Of a stretch of 64,000 bases of DNA, positions 25,101-35,996 are shown piece by piece. Every line of letters starts with the position of its first letter. The first letter of the stretch is position 1. The stretch covers positions 27,280,001-27,344,000 of the forward strand of contig OZ116706.1 of the NCBI GenBank assembly GCA_964199315.1, in the 5' to 3' direction. The DNA comes from Orbicella franksi (taxonomy: Eukaryota). The notes under the pieces were generated by a model, which was not told where the DNA came from, made no database searches, and saw only the letters and a list, made by a program, of their open reading frames with translations. A program made the position numbers and the translations under genes.

Positions 25101-28001
25101 CGTGCTTGTTTTCTCTTGTCATGTAAGACTACAGGAACATTTTTTTGTGATGTAGCTCAATAAAAGGACTTCTGTTGTTCCAATGTCTCAATGTTATGTT
25201 ATAAAACAAATGGTAAACGCCATAGCATGCACTATTGAGTTATGGATGCACGCGGGAGGTTGCTAAGCATGAAAGAAGCGTAAGAGTAAGACTCTTATGC
25301 TTCTTTCGTGCTTAGCAAGACTCTTACGCTTCTTTCATGCTTAGCAACCTCCCGCGTGCATCCATAACTCAATAGTGCACGCTATGGCGTTTACCATTTG
25401 TTAAATGTATGCGAACCTAATGGGATTTTTGTATTAAACTGCAATAGGTTCCATTCATGAAAAGTTAAAAGTTTAACAATGGCCAACACATTGACTGATG
25501 ACCATTGAATAACAACTTCTCAATTTAGACAAAATATCTCTGATAGAAATTTGTGTTTTGAAAAAATGAATACAAAATGAAATGATATAAATTGTTATCA
25601 TATATGAAATAATTTTACAATATATCAAAAATTTTCTTTTGATGATTTCAACTCAGACTTAAATATTCAAGTAACTCAAACTATAGAAAAATGTCAACTC
25701 AAGTATGTGAAATACCTTATGCATTTTATTTCTTTGCACTCTGCAACTGAATATATTGTAATTCTCTGCAAGTGTTTTTTGTTGTTGTTTTTTGAACAAA
25801 ATACATCAAAAAAACTTGCAACTTCATGGCAATTATTTACTGAAGGTGATAATTTCATTAAGGAGATTTAGAGGGTTATTTTAACAAAATCCAATGGCCG
25901 CAAAGTATGCCAGATGAAAGCGAGCGAACTCCCAGTGTAACAGTTTTGTGTGACACTCAAAAATAATTATTAGAAAAATTTGTAAATTTAATAAAGCCAA
26001 ATGGGACATTAGATTGTGTAAGCTAAATCCGCCAGTTAGAGCGATAGGCCACCGTTAGCTGTACCTGTTTAACTTTTTAAGATACTAGTAAAATAAAGAC
26101 AGCTGCTATGGATCTTCAAATATGCAAAATAGGAGAACATCTAAAATAAATAAACTTTTTTTTTTAATCAACATGATTAAAACACTTATTCCTCTTTGAA
26201 AGGTTCCAAGATAACTCCAGATATGTTTTCTTATTACTTTTCAACCTCCTAGTTCATTCTTTAAATGACAATAAAAATTGTTGCCTTGTTCGAAATAAGG
26301 AGCGAAGCCGCATATTGAAATTTGACCAGGCACATAAATTCAAAAAATATAATCGAATAATCGATTCGAAAACAAAGGAAACTTGCAGAAAACAGTCTTT
26401 CAGTTTAAAATACTCCTTCAAATGGTTTCCCCTCGGAGTAATGAGGTTGCAGAACGAAAGGTAACCGCCTTGACTCCTTAATAGACTGTAGCGATGGAAA
26501 CATACTGACCGATGTGCATCCATTGTGTAGCGCAGTTTGTGTTCCCAAACAGATGTTTATTTTAGAATTTTTCTTAATTTCAAACTGCGAATAAGCCCCG
26601 CATTTTCCCCGTGAAAATTACAAACCCCGATGGAATAATCAAATTGCAATCAACTCCTGTTAGGAATGGAAAACGAGTGCCATTTCTACGGCTGTTATTT
26701 AATACTAGAAATTGAACGTCGCTCCGGCCTTCGCCTTCCTATGCAAAACCAATACAAGTAATATAATGCGACACTCGAGAGAATAATACCCAAAACACAT
26801 TGACCTATACAATAAATTCTCTTTTTATTGGATAAAACGGGTTCTAAACAGCAGTCAGAAAATTTCCCAGTCGTGTAGCAATTTTACTGAAATCTAAGTG
26901 GAATAAATAATTAATTGCGAAGATAGTTGCCGCAGAAATAGGAAAACCTATCAGCAAGGTATCTGATACAACGAGTTCTCAATGGCCATCGCAAGCACAC
27001 ACTGTTTCGTTTGGAACATTGTCGATCGCATAAGCATAATTCGTGAGGATTACAACTGAAAGTTCTATCGAGGAAAATACAGTAACGTTTACGCCGAAGA
27101 GAAGTTCGGCTTTAGTTCACTCAGGTTGACATGAATATTATTGGCAGACAAAACACCTGCCCGAGTGTTCATTAAATTTTTAACGTTCTGGCAAACCGAA
27201 TGTGCGGCCAAATAAGTTAGATCCTTTCACATCTTTCTCCGAAATAACAGATCTAGAGACATCGAGGAAAACAGCCAAAGTGTAATGAACAGCCCTCATT
27301 AGTGAAACCCGCATTAGCACTGTTCGTTCTCAAATCTACCATGGATTAATTACAGCAACGCAGCGAAATTTCTGCAAACGCGTAATTACAGCTCCCTCTT
27401 TTCATCTTGTCTTCCTTCGGGGATTAAGCTGTACAATAACGAGCCAGTCTAGCGTAGAAACCGTAGACAATTGAACTCTCACTAGGCAAAAATGTAAGAG
27501 AACTGAACCATAGAGAATTATCATCCAAATTACGTGACATTACATTTCTTACGGCGCTTTAGGTAAGATCGAGAAGAAAATCGTGCGCATTCTACAACCT
27601 GATTTCTTAGGCGAAATATATGATACATGTGGGAAATTTAACCTAGTTTGTGACTCGAGGAAACAGTTCTTACCTCGAATGATCCTTTTAAACCGTGTCC
27701 AGCAACCAACAGGTACGTTTTTCGTGCCCGGAGCTCGAACATCCGCGGGTACACGGGCTTGATGGTTGACCGGTTCTTGTTCCATGGCAGAAGGAAGATC
27801 CACAGCGGCCGAAGCGGGTGCTCGCGGAGAAAAATCGATCTCGTCATGCCCGCCGCTTAACAGATCGTCGGACCAAGCGTTCCTCGAATGCGAAGATGGC
27901 GGTCGGCTACCCTTCTCATGCATTTCAAGTTCATCGCCAAGGCTAGCCTGAGATCCCAAGCCGCCTCCTCGAGTTCGGCGTTTAGCCGAGCCTCCACTCA
28001 T
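10111..28001 (-). CDS. PKD2: Polycystin-2 (TRPP2) cation channel, 902 aa
   Basis: 18 GT-AG exons in frame, total 2709 nt: 27674-28001, 24053-24166, 22623-22676, 21915-21988, 21371-21525, 20549-20647, 20046-20181, 19068-19156, 18052-18451, 17472-17531, 16898-17019, 16232-16451, 13314-13447, 11833-11950, 11418-11617, 10666-10813, 10365-10568, 10111-10164. Hallmarks: [37 protein letters not shown], pore [13 protein letters not shown], gate [14 protein letters not shown]-hand [18 protein letters not shown], coiled coil [30 protein letters not shown]. The short last exon is the least certain. Confidence 0.95.
11254..11335 (+). repeat. Short degenerate tandem of TCTTCGG units
   Basis: ATCTTCGG/GTCTTCGG recurs at roughly 10-20 bp spacing. 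Confidence 0.6.
12734..12929. mobile_element. PIF/Harbinger-type MITE
   Basis: About 55-bp TIRs starting GG(T/C)C(T/C)CGTCCACACGTGTCCGGATATTTTTGAATCCGC; 3-bp TSD TCA at 12731-12733 and 12930-12932. Confidence 0.85.
15214..15996. mobile_element. Kolobok-type non-autonomous DNA transposon
   Basis: TTAA on both sides (15210-15213, 15997-16000); 17-bp TIR GGTGGC(C/T)GAACACAGTT with purine-starting termini. Confidence 0.8.
15841..15854. promoter_or_regulatory. Perfect palindromic RFX X-box
   Basis: GTTGCCATGGCAAC, inside the Kolobok-like element in PKD2 intron 12. Confidence 0.5.
17777..17888 (+). repeat. 25-bp minisatellite, 5 copies, core AAGCGCGGGAA
   Basis: Cores at 17777, 17802, 17827, 17852 and 17877. 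Confidence 0.9.
18823..19010 (+). mobile_element. tRNA(Ser)-like-headed SINE
   Basis: A box TGACCAAGTGG, loop CTTGAAA, B box GGTTCAAGTCC (18878-18888), followed by a non-tRNA body. Confidence 0.75.
19207..19351. mobile_element. Short Tc1/mariner-type MITE
   Basis: TA|CAGTAAAAAACC...ATAAGAACCTGGATT and AATCCAGGTTCTTAT...GGTTTTCACTG|TA. Confidence 0.75.
20330..20440. repeat. Palindromic interspersed repeat
   Basis: TACTGTAAGTTACAGA...TTTTCCCCTTCAATTTATGGCC, a 17-nt loop, then GGCCATAAATTGAAGGGGAAAA...TCTGTAACTTACAGTA. Confidence 0.8.
20980..21300 (+). mobile_element. Interspersed repeat of unknown class; intact copy of the family that is split at 36.5/39.3 kb
   Basis: TTGGCTATGCTACTCACTATCTATT...TTTTCGAAGTGTCTGTGAAGA...CTAAAACAATTA matches 36350-36517 joined to 39343-39600. 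Confidence 0.8.
22257..22598. mobile_element. Non-autonomous DNA element with CCCGGGGGTACTCCC-type termini
   Basis: Left end CCCGGGGGTACTCCCCTATGAAAGG; right end CCTTTTCATATGGGAGTTGCCCC. A related right end occurs at about 17100-17235. Confidence 0.55.
23066..23544. mobile_element. piggyBac-type non-autonomous element
   Basis: TTAA|CCCTTTACCCCCTAAG ... CTTAGGGGCTAAAGGG|TTAA. Confidence 0.85.
24701..24745 (+). repeat. (GAT)n microsatellite
   Basis: Direct reading; two GTT interruptions. Confidence 0.95.
25205..25402. repeat. Near-perfect 83-bp inverted repeat with a duplicated spacer
   Basis: Arms 25205-25287 and 25320-25402 differ at one position. Confidence 0.9.
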
Positions 28002-31000
28002 GTTTGAGGTCTGTTACCTTTTTTTAATGTAAAATGAGACAAAAATCCTGTCAATTGAAGGCTGTTTTACAGCACAACTTTACAAGAGAACGTTGTGGCA
28101 CTCGCGACTTGCCCTAAATGCAGATCGATCTGAGCCAGTTTTCGAATGTTCGCTGATAGCACTGATAAATATTTCATGTACGTTCTACGCAAGTGGAAAG
28201 CATGAATGTCAATCATCAGCGCGCTAATTAAAGTTTCTATAGTTACGGATTATGAGAACATTTCGAAAACACGAAACGAGTACGGTTTGTAAAACGAAAT
28301 CCTCTTCCAATCCATCTCGATTTTCGCAAATTGATATGTTCAATTTTCGCATTTGAGGGCAATTTTGTAATTCCTTCGATTACTTCGATGATTAATGAAT
28401 TTTTAACAGTTTGCATCCGATAGATCGAGAAGGAACACTGAAAACACACCATGGAAAAGTGTTGAACTGAGGAAACTCTATGGTGTAAAATTAATATCTG
28501 TTGAAAAAAACAAAAAACGAAATCCTTTAAATGCGCGGGTGTAACATACAATGAGTATAGGCCTTACCGGAATAAATGAATCCAAAGATGAAAAAATTAT
28601 GGAACCGAGATGGTTTTCACAGAACGAATTCACCTGTATGACAATTCAAGGAAGGCAAATATCCCTGTGCATTATGCCAGTGATGAATGTTTTATGAAGG
28701 TAGCAAAATAAAGACAGCTGATTGGCTGTGTTTTCTGTCAACTGCCTAAGGACTTCAAGTATTGCGAAATAAGCATGATCTTAGGAACAAAATATATTTC
28801 CAAACATTAGGAAAATATTCGCGATATACGAACATTTATGATCAACTGGAAAGTTCTAATACAAGGGAGTTTCTCCTCTTCAATTTAAGACGTTTTAATT
28901 TACATTAAACGTGTCCCATTGGGCAAGAAAAGGCTCCGTTATTATGCAAGTGTTTCTGTAGAAAGACCCGTCAATTATAAAAACAATGGCACAACTTCCC
29001 TTTAGTTTGCAATAACTTTAGGAATAAATTATAATTGAAAAGCCGAAAAAACAAACAAACTGGAAAAAAGGGGGAAGAATTGATATTGACACACTGAATG
29101 ACGGAGTGATGCTTATTTTCAACTCTCTCATCTTTATATAGCTAATTTTCCAATTTACGCCGATCGAGGGATTACCAAAACAACTGGGAAACCATTACAG
29201 AGTGTATACCCCGCAAAAACCTAACCACAAACACCAAAATTCGATAACTAGGATGATCCATCAGAGTAGCTATGTAAACTTTGTTCCTCGCTGACGAGAT
29301 GGCTCATTGGCTAAAACAGTGACACATCACTTCATTGTTCTGTTTTTTTTTTTTTAAACCAAATATTGACAAATTGGGCGACTTGGGGAAGTCGATGTCG
29401 AATGCTACCAAATTGCTTATGTCACTAAAAGGTGAATTTAACACTACTAGCTCTTTGTCAACTTGACTACCTCCGCATTGACATTTCAGGAAAAAACTGA
29501 AGGAAAGCGAGAAAGTTGGGCTCTTTAAGCTTTGTCGCGTTAAATTTTCTGAGCTATTTCACCAGTCAGCCGTGGGTGTTTCGTTTCAAAAACAGCCTAT
29601 GAGATCTTGCTGGGTGTTTCAATCGTACGCTAATTGCCTTCCTTCCTGAAATAACCGCTATAAAATGCTTTATTTTCCTATCAATAACCCTGTCCCAGCC
29701 TATAGTATTTGCGAACAACCAAAATAAAGACACGTGAGACACATGTAAGGGAGATCTTAACACAACTAAATGACAAGAATTAACTCCGGCCAAAACTGAA
29801 AAAGCCTGAAAAGCGGTCGCCAATGAGCTGATTGGATTAGTTAAGACCAGCGAGAGAAAAGCTAGTCTATTTAAACTTGAATTTATACTGTAAGCTAAAA
29901 AATATTGACAGCAATTTTCCTATTACTGACCCAGTATGACCGACCTGCAGTGGCTTGATTGAAATATATGGAACGTTCCAGATTTGGCAAAAGAACTAAA
30001 GATTCTTAGAATGGAAACCAATTATGATTTGGGGAGATATTAAAAATGACGTAAAGACTTCTCACTTCTCAACGAGTTCAAAAGAACTTTTTAAATTCAG
30101 TTCAAAATTCTGGCAACTCGAAAATGAATCGAAAAGAACGGCAACATTTTGGTTCCTCCTTGCTCAATTGTTACGCCTAAAAAAAAAAAGGTTCGTAGCT
30201 AAGGCGACATTGTGGAAATTTCCCTCTTACAAGCTAGTGAAAATGATAATACAATTGCTAGTATTGGATTTGCTAATAGTATTTTAGTGTGATGCATTTT
30301 TTTGAAAGATGTGTCGCTGCATCAAAATGGCAACTGAAATTTCAAGTGCAGTTCTCAAGTCGAGGACTGTATTATGATTTTCAACCGCTTTGAGCGACAG
30401 AGTAACTTCATAGATTACCGATCGTTTCGATAAACCCAATTATGGTAAAACGGAAAAATGAAGGTTAAGAGTGAACGAGAACCCACTTAAAATAGCATAG
30501 TTCACGCAATGACTAGGGAAACAAAGATAAATAAAAACAGGTTGATGGTTTTGTTAACTCTAAGCCCGTTTTCTGCAAGTTTTGTCGCAACAAGTTCATC
30601 TGAGATTCTCCTGAAAGAGCTGATATCAGCTATAAGACTGATACAGCTTTGAAATCAATAAGTGCAACAACAAAAAAAACAATTTGCGCCTTTATACTTG
30701 TAAGAAACTCATAAGGGAAAATAAAAACAGTTTGTGGTTATAAATAACCAGTAATGGGTTTTCTTGTAGATGAAAAGCGATGAAATTGTGCTACAGTTTT
30801 CAGTAAATTTGACTACAAAGTTCATGGCAGATATAGCTAAAAATAGATGATATGCTTTCACGAAATTTTTTTGTTTTTGCATGGTGGAGTTTGCGGAAAG
30901 TGCATAAGCACGTAATTTCAATCGTCCATAATATTTCTTTTCTGGCCACCTGCTAACGAGAGCTAAGAGATAATCTTCAGTGCTTTTTACTCCAATGTTT

Positions 31001-33617
31001 AATTAAAGTGCGTGGCTATTGAGAACACGTTTTCGACAGAAACCGTCATCAGATCGTAGGAAGAAACAGCAAGGCCAACTTAGTTTGGCGTTATCTCGAA
31101 GTCCGGTGGTTTGAAGCAATAAACTCTTCTTGGGTGGCAAAAATTCGAAACACACGTGCTTATTAAACTAACGAGATGTGTTCCTCAATTCTCGAGGAAT
31201 ACAAAGAGTGACATGTTGATTGGCAGTTGAAATTTAAAAGCTGTACTCTGGATTGGAAACTTAATAGGATAAAGTTGAATTAGACATAAATATACGGACG
31301 CAATTAGCTATGAGTTCGGTTGAAAGCTCATTAAATACTTTTTTATGTAAAAACATTTGCCATTCAAATCCTTCCACTGACGTCACCAAAAGCCAGAACG
31401 TGCGAAAATTATCTTTCATTTTGGGCGAAATCTATGAGAGGAAATTTTTAATGACATTTTCGAATTTTGCGGAATCTGCCAAGTTCAAAAATATTCTACT
31501 TTATTTAGAAGATGTTTCTCCCCTCATCAGTGTCAAAGACATTGTTTACTTCAAATTGTAAGCGCTGAATGTAACGGATAGTTTCAATTTATTCCATCGC
31601 TAACAGTTCACGCATTTCCGAACGCACGTCCAACAAGCGGTCATTTGTCCGTTTTAGAACAATCATGAACTTAATGCTATGCAATCACTTGACGGTCTCA
31701 AACTAGAACAGGAAATCATTCAGACATTTAACTAGCATCACATTTGTTGTATTGAGTTAGCTGTACAACCCAATCTCCTCTTCCCCCTTCCCTACCTCCT
31801 TCGCAGTAGATTAGAACTCATCCATCTTAATCCTTTGTTCAACATATCAGCAGCTAATCACAACATTCACTACTGGAGATTGGTTCCAACAAGAACAACG
31901 TCTGATAATTTTTTTTTTTTTTTTTGCTTTAGATAATCAACTATAACACCATAAACAATTGGATAGGAAAGCAGCTACGTAATGTTTCACCCCAAGCATT
32001 TATAGTTTACTTTAGTTAACATATTTGATTGCATTGGGGAAAACTCCCTAACGTTGGCTTTATAGGTATGTGTGGCACCAAAAGGTATCGTTCTTTAGCC
32101 GTTTTGGTCTGAAAAAGGGTGGTAAATTTTAGCCATTTTCGGGTCTGAAATAGGCATGGTTTTTGCACTCTGCTCTTAACCTGAGTATGGTTTTGGAAGA
32201 AGCTACTTTTTTAATCATTATAATTAAGACCAACAATTGCCTTTAACATTGGTCTGGACTGGGGAACTGATTAAAAGGCAGGTCTGAAAATTATAGAGTA
32301 TTGGCTAAATGATCAGGTTTGAAATATTGTAAAATTATCAAATTTTGGGGCAGGAAAACTGTACCCTACACAATTTTTCTGGGATTAGCTTCCTCCTCTC
32401 CCCCCCCCCCCCCCGAAATCGCAGAAACCCCCAAATTATAAAGCCTTCCAATAGGATAACGCATGTCAAAAGAACTAAAAAATGATGAAGATTGATGATT
32501 TAAACTAGCATTAAGCAAATTATCGTTGTCAAACTCACCTGCCCGTCCTGAAGGGTAAAGTAAAAGTAAAACCGTTAAACCCTCTGTATAATGCCATCTG
32601 TTTTTCTCTTTGTAAACACATCGATGTATGAAATAACTGGCAAAGATGTACCACTCATGGTACATGGGTTTAGCCTCAGAATGCAATAGCCTTGTTTTTC
32701 AAAATCTTCTCCAGCACGTACCGAAGACATCGCACTTCTTTAAACCCTGGAAATGAAGCAAAGGACAACTGTAAGTTTTACTATACAATGATTACTTTCA
32801 GTCAGAACCCATTCAGTGAAAAACTGTTCGATTTGATGTGCAAGCAAGCTGATTCTCTCGCGATCGATCAACGTAAAGTGTGTAAAGTGTGTCTAAGTGT
32901 GAGCGTTCTGTAAAGAAAAATGGCTGTAAAAAATTTACAAAGAAGCTTCAAAAAGAAAGAAGCAATTCACTTTCAAACCATAGAAGATCATAATGGTAAC
33001 TTTCTCGCCGGATTAGAACGGAGAAAACTACAGAAAAAGTTCAAATTTCCCACCTCTGCGATGGCCGCCATTTCTCCTCTAGGAGAGGGTCTGGACTCGA
33101 GACAACATTGGCCTCGATATCGTGCCCAAGCGTCTTCAGCTGACCCCGCGGTTTCCTCGGGTAGAAACCCCGTTCACACCAACATGTTAAACATGTTTAA
33201 AAGTAGTTTAACTAAACAAGGTCAAAGATTAGTTGCTAGTGTTGTGTACACCCTACAACTTAACAGGGCAAAAACCTGTTAGGATTGACTTCTTGAAATG
33301 ACTGCAAAGCATAATCGTCCAATTGGAAAAACCTAAAACTGATTTAATTAAACTAGTTTATTTGGTGTGAATGAGGTTTAAAAGGTCTCTTCTATATTGT
33401 TATGTAAATGTGTATAGTTTTCCGTGGACTGCTTATGCTTGAAGATGATTTAACTATTTTACCCATTTCTAAAGTATGAATGCTCAAAAAGTCTTCAAAT
33501 TGTGAACTTTTTAATTGACTTTTTTTCGGACAAAAGCATTAGGCCATTTTACAGTTATGTAAACTGAAACTGGGCCTCCGCATGACAGCAGGGTTAGAGT
33601 AATTTTACATTTGAAAA

Positions 33618-33777
33618 CAGGGGCAGATCCAGGATTTTTCTTAGGAGGGGTGCACCACTAGGGAATGGCATAACTAACTGGTGAGGTAACCAAATGTTAA
33701 AAGCAAATATGAAGAAGGCTTCATCTCAGGGGGGAGAGGTGTACAACCCCTACACCCTCCCCCTAGATCCACTCCTG
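33618..33777. mobile_element. hAT-like MITE
   Basis: Termini CAGGGGCAGATCCAG and CTAGATCCACTCCTG; GAAAA on both sides (33613-33617, 33778-33782). Confidence 0.6.
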
Positions 33778-35996
33778 GAAAAGTAACAAGCTTAAGGTTT
33801 GTATCACAGCAAAGGCAACTCTAGCTCACTTTCCTGGCATGATCACAAGGCATGGAAATATAAAATGGGTAATATCTGTAATATTAATGAGGTGGGTGCA
33901 ATGGCAGGGCTTCATTGTATATTGACAAATCTCATTATATTTTCAATAACCAAATCCCAAATAGCCTGCATGGCAGGTCTCCCTCTCCTTTGAACACCTT
34001 CCACGCAGGCTAAATCCCAAGTAGTTAGCAAGGTTTGAGGGAAGCTGGCATCAAATAAAAACATGGGGAAATTAATCTTTTTTAAAGTAATTTTGAAGAC
34101 CTACTGATCTGTTCAAATCAATAATTCTTTTATTTCCTTTACATTTTGTGTAACACACAGTTCTCAACTTAAATGAAATTACAAAAAGTCACATAGAAGA
34201 CAGGTTGGAGAGACTTACAATACACCACAAAACTGGTCCTGTTTTACTACCCAAAAGGGGCGTAAAACCCCAGCCCCTTATTCTAAAATTTTACCACCCA
34301 TTTGCATGTCCTCTGCACTATGCATGCACCACTATTTTATGGAAAAGAATGAACTGTTTGGTGGTCTTTGTTGTGAAGCAGAGGTATATCAGTACACTTG
34401 TGTATGAGGTGGGTCTCCATTCTGAAAAGAAAGGGACTGGAGAGAAAAAGTAGTGAAATAATTTTTGGCCTCAGACACCGAGTGCCTAAGCACCTCCCTC
34501 CCCCTTTCTCTGGATCGGCCACTTTTAAAGGATCATACATTGTAAAAATGTAAAGGGATCAGTGTTAACGTCACAAGAGTATTACAGGCATGTTTAAAAC
34601 ACGAAATGGCAAAATGACAAAATACTACAGTTAGCCTAAATAGCACTCTGGTTAGCTTCAATATCACTGACTTGAAGGTGGTTAGATCTCAATAATTGTT
34701 TGGGTTAACTGTATCAAACGTTGACTCTTACCAGTTAAGTGTTTTTTTTGTGATTTTGTGTCTTAAACATGCCCAAGTATTACCACAAGCCTAAACATCA
34801 GAGCATTTCAGAGATGCCAAAAACCCCAGTTCTTGACCTATTTAATTTATTTGAACTTTATATTTCTTCATTATGAAGGTGTATGTGATTATTGCGTCAA
34901 TGGTAGTGAATTCAAAGCAGTCAAACATATTCCTATATTACTCAGTTGTCCAGTTATTGACTGGAAAGAAACTAGCTTTTGTTAAAAAAAAAATAAGTAA
35001 ATGTAAATTACAATCTAGTTATCCAACCTCCTTATTCATACACTTGTCATTCAACATTCTGCCTAAAGCCTTAACTACAATGCAAGTTCAATTTATTACA
35101 CCTCTCTGACCAGAAAGTATCAAACAACAACAACAAAAAACTGATACTAACAGTCATCTCACAAAGCAATAATGATTTTCCTTTCACATCCAAATTACCG
35201 TCCATTTAACAAAGCAATAGGTTGCCCAAATCAAAACAGTCCACTGCAAAAAGCTGCCAATCTATTGCCACTCGGGAATGCTTTTGATTAACATGCCACA
35301 ACATAAAAGCAATTTCAATTGTATTATTTATCGGTTTTATTTGTTTTGAAAAATACCAGGTTGAGATAACAGAGTCAGCTATTACTATCGAGCAAAATGA
35401 TGCTACATGTATTGAAAGAACAGTGTTGAACTGGCTCATCAGGTCTGAATTGAGGAATATGGGTCTCATCCTTTGGCAAGTTTATAGACCACACTGAAGA
35501 CAAGGTCCATGAACTTGCCAAAACAACAACTTACAGCAATGGCAACAACTTGACCATATTTTCCCAGAATAAATGTCACACTGGTCCAGCAACATCTATA
35601 CAAAGCACGACCTACATTTATCTAACACTGCGATTATCGCAGTTAACATTTATCTAACACTACCAAAACCATTATCGAGTAGCACAGGTGCGATGCTTTC
35701 ATTGTGATAGTCATTAAGTCTAATTGACATATAGGCCATGTTCAATATATCAACATTCTAATATGGCTCCGAGGCTTTCAGGGCAAACTTCTACATTTAG
35801 TGGTGTTTTCTTTGTATCCAAATCTCTTTTGAGAATTGAGGGACAAAAGGAATTTACCAAATTTACAGTTTTGTCCAGAAAGCCTTAGAGCCATGTTAGA
35901 ATTTTGATTATATCGCACATGGCCTATTGAAGAGTAATACACACTAGCCCCAGGCCCACCAAGAGGGCTTATTCTTGTTTAACCGGTTTAACCGGT

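Noticed and set aside
32482-32551. Box C/D snoRNA (ATGATGA...CTGA) on the plus strand
   Set aside because: No terminal stem and no plus-strand host intron; the 7-nt resemblance to an 18S guide is on the wrong strand.
32920-33282. Plus-strand 120-aa ORF
   Set aside because: No recognisable motif or downstream exons; the motif orientation favours a minus-strand start.
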